From Lepidodermella squamata (lineage: Eukaryota > Animalia > Gastrotricha), in the NCBI GenBank assembly GCA_047495785.1, contig JBLDXI010000017.1:2852001-2916000 (forward strand): a stretch of DNA of 64,000 nt, given 5' to 3'. Of the stretch, positions 43,166-52,666 are shown in pieces; the first letter of the stretch is position 1; the number at the start of each line of letters is the position of its first letter. The position numbers and the translations under genes are program-made. A model generated the notes under the pieces. That model saw only the letters and a program-made list of their open reading frames with translations, was not told where the DNA came from and did not search any database.

Positions 43166-45936
43166 ATGGAAGGTGTGCGTTTTATTCCATGCAAAATTTG
43201 TTCAGCCCCCTCAACCGGTTTGTTTTACTGATTCATCGCTCGCCGTTTGTTTTGACCCATTGTCTTATCTCCAGGTTTCCACTTCGGTGCGCTGACATGC
43301 GAAGCGTGCAAAGTAAATATCAGCTAATTATTGATAAACATAATCAGGCTATTGAACTTTACTAGGCGTTTTTCCGGCGAGTTCTCAAATCTGGAGCCAC
43401 CCTTCAGACCCTTACGTGCAGTGGAACTGACCCATCGCCTGTTGACCAACCATCGGCGCAACCGAATGGCGAGGCTGCGGTAGTTGTCGACGGCGCTGAG
43501 GCACCTCAGGAGCATACTAACGGCGAATCCTCCTCGCAGCCTGCTGCCGATCAGCCACAGGGACAAACACAGCGCCGATGTGATCTGGCGTTCAGCCCGA
43601 AGAAATGCCCAAAATGTCGCTATCAGCGGTGCTTAGAGATAGGAATGGGCCCATCAGGTAAGAAACAATTTGAGATTTAACACAATTGAGCCTAAAAATC
43701 GTTTTTTAACAGCTTCGAAAATCGGCCGGCCAACAAAAGGACGGGTAGCTGAGGTTCGCGAGGAACTTCATCGTATTAAGCCTTGGCTAGACTTCAAGCA
43801 GGGTCAGCCCGGGTCTAGGAAGGAGGACGGCGTCAGCAGCAGCAGCGGTGACCTGGCTGCCTCCGAGGCGCGATCGGCATCGTTGCTCATGCTGGCGAAC
43901 AAAGAATCGCGAAAGCGGTCGGCGTTTTACGGCGATAACGCCGCTAAAAAGCGCCACCCCTCGATGCCGTCGAGCGTGTACTACGGCGGGGCGGCTGGTT
44001 CGATATCCGCGACCACCGCCGGGCTGCAAGCCGCCGCCTATGCCGCGCACGTGCGCCATTTCTCCGGCGATGTGATCGACTCGAAATTCCGGCCCTACCT
44101 CGGCCTCGACCCAGAATTCGACGACGCCGACGAAGACGACGACTGCGACGTTGACGACGACTTCAACCCGATTCAGGACAACAAATTCATGCGTAGCAGT
44201 AACGAGCCGTTGAATCTGCTGCAGCGCCGCCCTGTCGGCTCCGATTACAACCCGCCGAACCCGGTTCTTAACCACAATACTGCTGCTTCTTCGCGGAATG
44301 ACGGCGCTGGTGCGAGTAACGCGACGGGGTCTGGCGGTTCCAGCCAACAGCCCCCTGCCACTGCAATTCTCACCGTCATTCAGCAGTACAACGCAAGTGG
44401 CGGCAACCGGCAGCGTTTCGTTCAGAATCTGCGCGAGTTAGGCGCGGATCGGGAGGGGTCTAGCCTCGCCTGGCTCTACCAAGCCGCTGACCACTGGTTC
44501 GACATTGCGAACGTGATGTTCCAGTCGCCTCTTGCCATTTCAAACATTTTGTCCACCGCACAGGCCGCGGCCGGCCTGCCATCGTCCCCGCCACAGACCC
44601 AGCGACCGCCGTCGGTCTCCGACAACAGCGAATCGCTGAAGCTTCTATCTCAGTTTGCCGTCGCGTCGATGCCACCCCGGCCGGCAGCCCCGCCACCCCA
44701 GACCGCCGCTCCTCCCGTGCCAACCGCATCTATGTTATCACCGTTCCCCCAAATCCCCCCGCCATCAAACGGCTCAGCCACGACGGCATCGCCCCTCCTC
44801 GCCTCGAGCGCGTTCTCGCCATGGCCGCAAGCCCTTCGGTCGGAGACCATGGCCCGGCAAGTCGTGCAGGCGACGAAGCACCTCGCCAGTCTGAACTTGA
44901 GCCGGCAAGGCTTGCGGCCGGGTTCGCTCAACTTGTCAGCGCCCGACCTCTGGGGCTTTCTAATGCAAAATTTCGAAGCCAACACGTCGCACATCATCAG
45001 TTTCGCACGAAGCATTCCTGGCTACAGTTTGATCACCTCGGCGCCCGACCGCGCCATTCTATCGATGAACTCATTTTTCCCACTGCTCTTCGCCAACATG
45101 TCCATTGAATTCGACCCGGTTTCAGAAAACATTCGCCTATATTGGATGGGAAGTGGGGAGAACGATGACGCACTTGCTTGCGCCCGGTCCATCTTAAAAT
45201 CCCCGCAAGATTCGGTAAGCAGGCCTTTATTTAGTCTTTGATTGGATAATTTTTTTGTTTTTTCTAGGCTGCTGAAAATGGCTCGATGAAGACGTCGAAC
45301 CTGACTGTCGTCGAGTTTGGCTTCATGTGTGCGCTGGTTCACTTCAACCCGGGTATCCGGGGCCTGCACGACCCGATCAGTGTTGAAATGGTCGCGTCGG
45401 AGCTGACGAGCGCCGCTGAGTACTTCATTAATACCAACTTCCCGTCGAACAACGCTGCCGCCGCCGTGCGAGTGGCTTTCCCCGCCGCTTTCTTGCCGTC
45501 CGGTGCCAACGGCGCCGCAACCCCGTCGCCCGCCGCCGCGCGCCTCGCCGAGCTCAACCGTCTGGTCGCGTATTTCCGCAACCTGAACGCGACCAACAAC
45601 TGGATCTCGACCGAAATGGACTCGGCTGCGCACCAGCAGGCGATTCAAAACGCCGCCAACTCCGCCGCCGCGTCAACGTCGGTTGGAAACTCATCGGCGC
45701 AGGACCAGCCGCCTGGCCAAAACGATGACGCGTCGGTTCGCGAGATGTATCGCAAAATGTTTGATTTGATCAAAACCAGCAGCACGACGAATGGCCAACA
45801 AGCGGAGCCGACAACGCTGAACTCGTCCACGTCATCGTCAGCATCGTCAGCGGGCAATACTCCATTCATGCACTTCTTACCTCGATTTGCGGAGAACTCT
45901 TCCGTGCCGCAAGCTAGCCCTTTCCAACATCATTAA
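43166..45936 (+). CDS. Divergent nuclear receptor NR-2 (P-box CEACKA; 53-aa D-box insertion)
   Basis: Exons approx. 43166-43217, 43275-43312, 43366-43657, 43713-45214, 45268-45936. DBD CKIC..GFHFGALTCEACKAFFRR..C-x53-C-x8-CPKCRYQRC, ASKIGRPTK; LBD FARSIPGY..DR, LTVVEFGFMCALVHFNPGIRGL. Confidence 0.88.
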
Positions 45937-47478
45937 GGTAGATTGACGCTCCGCTCAAATTTCGGCCAGTTTTAATAGAACATCATTGAACTTGCTGCTA
46001 TCTTGGCGGACGGCGTCAATGTTATGATCGTATATAACAGGCTTTTAACCTCGTTGTTGCTACTATTGTTGATTGGATGGATGATGAACGCATTATAATT
46101 GGAAGACGTCTTTGTTAACCCGATTTGTTGCTGGCTGTTCAGTGTAAAATCGGACTACCCTTCAGTGGTGAACAAAAATCTCGTAATTTCTCGCTGTCTC
46201 TTGTTACGATATCAAGTCAAGCGGGAGCTGTAACTACTACTAATATTTGTACAACCAGTCGTTGTGATGTCTATAAAAAAATGTCTATATAAATATATAT
46301 ATATTATCGAAAATCTACACTAATTATCCTGACGCTGAGGACGTTTATTTTTCTTGCTTTCGCGATCGTAATAATAATATTTTTTTAAACCACATTGTTT
46401 CTTTCTGACAATGTCGTCGATACGTGAATAAAAGCTATTGACAGACACAAGCGAATTGAGCGCCCAGGTCTTGCTTTCAGATCTTTGATTTCGGTGGTTA
46501 CAGTTGATACGGATGGATGACTGATGAAAGACCTGTTATTGTTTTATTTTTATGAAAAATATTTTTCTTGCTCACTTTTCGCGCGACAGAGTTAGCTTTT
46601 TTTGTGAACTGATTTGACCTTACGATCGTCTCTCGCTTTAGATGGGTTTAAGGCGGCCGCTGATTACTACATTCACAGGCGACTTTTAAGATTGGGCAAC
46701 TCTTTTTTGCTGTAGCGGAACTTGATTATTATTTATAGAGAGAAAATATATTACTCAATTATATTTAATTGATTCAGGTATTTTTGAGGTTAGCATGGAA
46801 CTGTTGAATTTCCTTATATTTGCGAAGCAGGATATATGGTAACTCTATTTAAATAATCACTCTCTCGCCATCAGTATATGAATATTCTATGTAATACTGA
46901 TTCGTGTTATACTTGTGTACAAATGACATCATATTATTGTAAAATAATGTTATTCGATTGTTATTATGAAAAAAAACTATTCTATCAAAGAAAAAGTTGA
47001 AATGGAGTCAATTCATTAAAGGCAAAGCAAATGTGACACCTTGATATTTTTTGTTTTTATTTTAGGATTTTTAATTTACATATTTGAGGTCCGACTTGCC
47101 CGATTTTGCGGCAAATCAGTAATATTTGCTAACATCTCGGCCCTTTTCCTTGACCTGGCGGCAGAGATTGCGAAATTTAACCTCACACTTACCTGCCATT
47201 ACTACTATTTGCCGTCTCGCCGCTCGAAAATGAGGTTAACGGTGCACTAAGAACAAACAGGCACGAATACATGCACACTCGTATTATTGTCTTTTTTTCG
47301 GGTTCACGCTTTTTTCTTCCTTAAGACAGCTGCGATTGTCGCAGCACTAGTACAGTAGTGAACAAATCAATGAACGTTGAGTCTTACTATGCAAATATTG
47401 CACTGAAAGCTCCGAGCAGTATATGAATATGTTAGCTCAGCATTTGTGTACGTGTTTGATTTGCGGGATTGGCTTTGT

Positions 47479-47926
47479 CACGTGTCAGTTTTCCTCAAAA
47501 ATCGATAAATCACGCAAATCACGTGAGAGCTGAGTACTTGGACAATTCACGTTCAACTTTCCTCGCTTTTTATAGACTTTGCAGTTTGTAATACGCTGTA
47601 ATGTTTTTAAAGCTCTATTTCAAATTCTTGCATCATGCCAGCAAGTGTTATTTGAGGGGCATAGACAGACGTTTACCTGCAGCGTGCATGATGAGATGTT
47701 ATTATTATTACTTTCAGTTTCAAACCGCGCACGACACGCCGTAACAATGAGCGGCCACTTGTTTAAGTACTGGGTCGCATTCATCATTATTGTTGTTGGC
47801 GTTGATGAAGGAGAGCATTGCTACTTGGTTTCAAGTGTACAACGCTCATAAAACTCGATTCTCCGTTATTTTAGACCCACAAACTTTTGTCATTTTTGAT
47901 CTGCGTGATTTTTTGCTGGTCACGTG
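47479..47926. promoter_or_regulatory. E-box cluster upstream of NR-3
   Basis: CACGTG at 47479, 47520 and 47921 plus CACGTT at 47548, 0.5-0.95 kb upstream of the ATG at 48429. Confidence 0.35.
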
Positions 47927-48428
47927 CATTTTATGATTAAGCAGGGCTCCTGCGCCGTGGAATAGTCTCGAGAGTTTGAATTATTTACACCTATACTTTT
48001 GTACCATTCATTGATTGATTCGCCGCATTCTTTCCGTTTTTACAGCCTTGGCTCGGTTTAGCATCGATTTTCCTGTTTGTGTGCACAGCAACCCGCAGCG
48101 TTTTATCGATTTTTTCTTATACCCGTGTACAGCCGCTCAAATTTTTGTGCCAGACCCCTTCTCTCTCTCTCTTCTAACCAAGCCTATATACAGCTGCGTT
48201 GATACTGTGTAATTAGTTTTGAGTCTCAATCAAGTAGATTTGCGTGGCCTTGAGAATTAACCTATAAATCCACTAAGCTCTCTTTAACCCTTTTCAACTG
48301 AGTTGAACTCGATTTTGAATTTTAGATATTGTCTTAGCGCATTTGAATGTAAAAATTTGACCTCGTGGTAGAGATTCGCGTCCCATTTTTTGATAAAAAC
48401 TTGTTATCAACTCAGCAACCCTATTGTT

Positions 48429-51400
48429 ATGGACATCCGCTGCGCACCATGCGAAGTCTGCGGTTCGGCCTCTTCAGGTATAATGAAGTTACAATCTTCC
48501 GTAACAATTTCAAACTCGAATAATTGCAGGATTTCACTTTGGAGTGCTGGCCTGTGAAGGCTGTAAAGGATTCTACCGACGGGCGGTTAAATTCAACCTC
48601 GCCGAGTCTTACAAGTGCCTGACTGGGCAAAACGATTGCGAGGTTTCGATAAAATCCCGAAAATGTCAAAAATGCCGGTATACAAAGTGCGTTGAGGCCG
48701 GTATGGCGCCGGAGGCCTCCCGCACCGGTCGCCCGACAAAGGTGAGACAGGCTGAAATAAAGCAGCAACTCGATAAGCTGCGAGAAGAGAACAAATTGTT
48801 GCCAGCCCCGGCAACGTTGCCTCCCCACCTATTGCAGCAGCAGCGGGAGAAACAGGAGAGGCAGGCGAATAAAATCGCGAAAAAAATAGCCAAGGCCCAA
48901 AAATCAAAGGCGGGTGCGATAACGGTCGGCGACCGGAAATCTAGCTCTGGCGGTCCCGATGTCGACCAGCCATCGACATCAGCCCTAGATTTCATCGACG
49001 TTGACAGCCAGTCGACGAGTATCACTAATGAGCCATCAGTTGCTGATCTATCTACCCGGTCACCCGCCTCTCGGATGCATCACTACTCCGGTGGTTTGGC
49101 TGATCGACCCGTCAGTGGGCTATCAGCCCCGGATTACGACGCTGTGCCGAAAATTCCAGCATTTACCATGCCGTCGACTAGCAGCGCTATCAATTTGGTG
49201 AACCCATTCAGCAATCACAACGCAGCGACTTCATCATTCTCCCGGCCTGAAGATATACCCGGGCCCTCGAAACCGCCAGAGGCTGGTCAAAAGGAGCAGG
49301 AAAGGCCGCAACATGATTCTCAGCATGCAAGCGGCGCTTTGGCCACAATTTTGTTGTCCCAGTCCGATGCATCGGGCCTGCGGGAGTTCGTAACCCCGGC
49401 TCGCGATTTGACCAGCCTCAGTTTGGACCAATTGACCAAAATTGTTCAGGAGGATGCAAGATCTGGCAATGCCATGTTTTGGTTGTATAATTCCGGGCGC
49501 GAGTGGTTCAACGCCGATTTGGCCAAACTTTTCGGCTGCCCGCCCTTGGAAGACCCGTTCGCCCTTTACAGGCGATACGTCCTACCAATGCAAACCGCAA
49601 ATCCATCACCCATGTCCCTGACTGTGCCAGTGGCAGACCCGCACCCGATGAGCTTCTTACCCTCCCTGGTTTCAGCCCGAACTGAGTGGCTGATTCAACG
49701 GATAGTGAAAAGCGCGGCGTATTTGTCGAAGATTCAATCGACCCGCACGATTCTCACCGACCGCAATCTCGAGTTGACCGACGTGTGGCGGCGGCTGTTG
49801 AGCGGTTTCGAACTGAACGCAGTTCATATGATTAATTTTATCAAATCGCTGCCCGGTTTCACGCATATTGATTTGCACGATCGCATTCTGCTGACAACGC
49901 ATGCGATGATGCCGCTGCTGTACGCGCAGTTGTCGCTCGACTTTGACCCGAATACGGAGACTGTCAACTTTTTCTCCATGTCGCGCGAGACCGCTGAACT
50001 CGTTCTATCCACCTACGCCGGCCCTGACAAGCTTCTGTACCTAGACGTGAGTTTTTGCTCTATTTACGTATTTTATGCTAAATGAATCACACGATGGCTT
50101 ATAGAAGGTGCTAGAAATTAGCCAAAACATCTTGTCACGATTTTAGCTTATTCATACGTCTTACCATATAAAGCATTCTAGAGATAAAAATTTACTGGAA
50201 GAGGATAAATTTAATATGATAATTATGTTACAACCCCTGACAAAAATTTTGAATTTAATTTTCAACTGCCACCTACCATAGCAATGGATCATCGATACAA
50301 GGCTAGAATCGCGGGCATCTGTCAATTAATCAAAATCACTTTCGTTGTCCCAATTTTAAATGGTTTAATTAATCAAAGTTCATAGAGAGATAAACTTCAA
50401 TATAAATCAAAGCTGAATGAAACGCAGCCAAAATCGATCATTTGAAATTCAGCTAACTGAAATCGAATCCGAAAACCTACCGCACAGGTGGCATGCGATT
50501 CGGCGTACTGTCAATTCTCTCTCAGTATAGGGTATCCTATTAGCGAAACCAAATTTGCCTGTTGCGGAACCTAATTTTAGATAAGCTGAAAGGTCGCTAT
50601 TCGAATATTTCTACGAAACCAAGGAAATGAATTGTATGGTGGAGAATGCGTCTCATACAGATTTTTACGCTGAATTTAAAGATGATTTATTAAAACTATG
50701 CCGATCAATCTTGACATCTTTGAAAGTTTGGAAAGTTTCGAGTGGTTTAGGCCCAGTGAAAATTCTAAAATTTGGTTTCGCTAAAAGGGGTGTATATTGT
50801 TTTGTCAGCTAATTCCTTGTTCCGTCAGCTAATTCCTGTTTTTGTCAGAAGTATCTTTTTCTGACAGCAATGACTCTTTTTGACAGCAGAACTACTATTT
50901 ATCAGCTAATTTTAAATAAAATTAAAATTATCTAAAATGTTAAACGTCTACTGCGAACTGCTGGGTAATATCGCGAAAAATTCCAATTAGAGGTCATTGC
51001 CGTAATCGCCCTGCTTCGGCAATGTCCGGCCGCCAAGTCAGCCGATTTTTTCCTTAGTCTTACCGTAGTAATTACCGTAGTTTCATCTTTTAACATTAAG
51101 TGCTCATTTTTCGCAAAAAATGAAAGTAGGAAAATATTAGCAAGAAGGGAAAATTTGGCTTGATTGCCTGTAACTACTCGAACTCCCTCTCTACTACCCC
51201 CACACCCATCACTCTACAGAATAACAAGGAATTGCCACGCTTCTATCGTCGTGTCAAACTCTTGTCGAAACCCCCAGGATGAAAACTTGCCAGTCTTGTA
51301 TACCGCCTTTTTCTAACCCTCTAACCCTGACTAGTTCGCTGCCCAAGAGATTCATATTTGTGCTGTTATGTCGCGTCGAAAGTGCCAAAAGTGCGGGTTC

Positions 51401-52666
51401 AACAGATTTTTGACTGATTTTGCGCGCGTACTATTCGTTGAAACTGGCAATGGATTCATTCCAACCCGAATATTGAAATTATTAGAAAAATTTATAATTC
51501 GCATTTATATGATCTTGGGTAGCGATATATGGTTAGAAACTCAATTAAAATTAAACTAGCTGGTAAATTGCAGTTCTGCTGTCAAAAAGAGTCATTGCTG
51601 TCAGAAAACGATGCTTCTGACAAAAACAGGAATTAGCTGACAAAACGCAAAAATTAGCTGACGAAACTAGATTAACTCGCTAAAAGTAAGACCCTTATAA
51701 ATTTCGATATTAAAACTAATAAATTCTTAGAAAATTCTTAGAAAGATAATTTTTGAAAAATCTGTATTCCAATAACGTTGTATTTGGGAAGATTTACTTA
51801 TGGACAAAATTACTTCGATGCTTAAATTTTGAAGTTTTGCGTCTGTTTTGAACCTGTTTTATCAATTTTCGAAATCTTAACTTTTCACGCCTAGTTTTTG
51901 ATAGCAAGGTGCAAGGTTATTAACTGGGTTTATTTTATTTCAGACATTCCGGCGGCATTTCGTGGATGCTGGCTATGCAATTAAGAGCTCGTCTCTCACC
52001 GTCGTAGAGTTCGGCCTGTTGTGCGCCCTGATCTTCTTCAACACGAGCATACCCGGTCTGAAAGACGTGACCAAAGTTGAAACTGTACGCCTGGAACTCA
52101 GCCACGCCGCCGAGGCGTTCGTCTACGGCAACTTCGGCAACGAAGCGCTCGATGCAAGCCCGTCGAAGCCGGACAGCCCCCCATCGCCCGTTCAAGACAA
52201 CTCGCCCCTGGCCGCTGCGTTCGGGGCAGCCGGCGCGTCGGCCTCGAACTGGCCGCCGAATATGAACATGTCGACGGCGTCGAACCGGATCAGCAATTTC
52301 CGGTCACTCGTGTCGTACTTTCGCAATTTGAACCTGTTCGCGTCGTGGCTGCGCGGGCTCACCCTGCAGGTGCACCCGTACCTGGTCGAGTGCTCCGGGC
52401 AGGTTTTCCGTGAAATGCACACGCAAATGGAGCACAACCTGCGGCAACACGCCATGATGGATGAAGCTAATAAAATGAAAGGCGTAGCTGCGTCGAGCAG
52501 CGAGACCTTACTCGACCACGAGTCAATGCCATCGACCAGCAGCCGGCCCCCGCCGCTGGTATCGTCCCCGCCGCCCAGCAACATCCCGCCCGGTTACCAC
52601 CACATCCCGAGTCGGTTGTCGACGAAACCGGGCGACCAGCCCCCATCTTGGGCTCACAAACATTGA
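48429..52666 (+). CDS. Divergent nuclear receptor NR-3 (NR1-like; P-box CEGCKG; near-normal D-box)
   Basis: Exons 48429-48477, 48530-50046, 51944-52666. DBD CEVC..GFHFGVLACEGCKGFYRR..CLTGQNDC..CQKCRYTKC, ASRTGRPTK; LBD FIKSLPGFTHIDLHDRILL, LTVVEFGLLCALIFFN, VFREM. Confidence 0.9.
50788..51678. mobile_element. Non-autonomous DNA transposon (MITE-like), ~145-bp TIRs, in NR-3 last intron
   Basis: 50788-~50935 is the reverse complement of ~51533-51678, with a near-identical core (GTCAGCTAATTCCTGTTTTTGTCAGAAG..CTGACAGCAATGACTCTTTTTGACAGCAGAACT) and internal GTCAGCTAATT repeats. Flanked by the direct repeat GCTAAAAG (50780-50787 and 51679-51686). No transposase ORF. Confidence 0.85.
51285..51412 (+). 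pseudogene. Decayed nuclear-receptor DNA-binding-domain fragment inside the TIR element
   Basis: Reads TCQSC/(frameshift)AFF*.../RCPRDSY/(frameshift)CAVMSRRKCQKCGFNRFL, i.e. P-box, D-box and distal finger-2 cysteines in the correct order, with stops and frameshifts. Confidence 0.5.

Noticed and set aside
51313-51329. CTAACCCTCTAACCCTG telomere-like repeat
   Set aside because: Only two imperfect units; more simply a local duplication within the TIR element.
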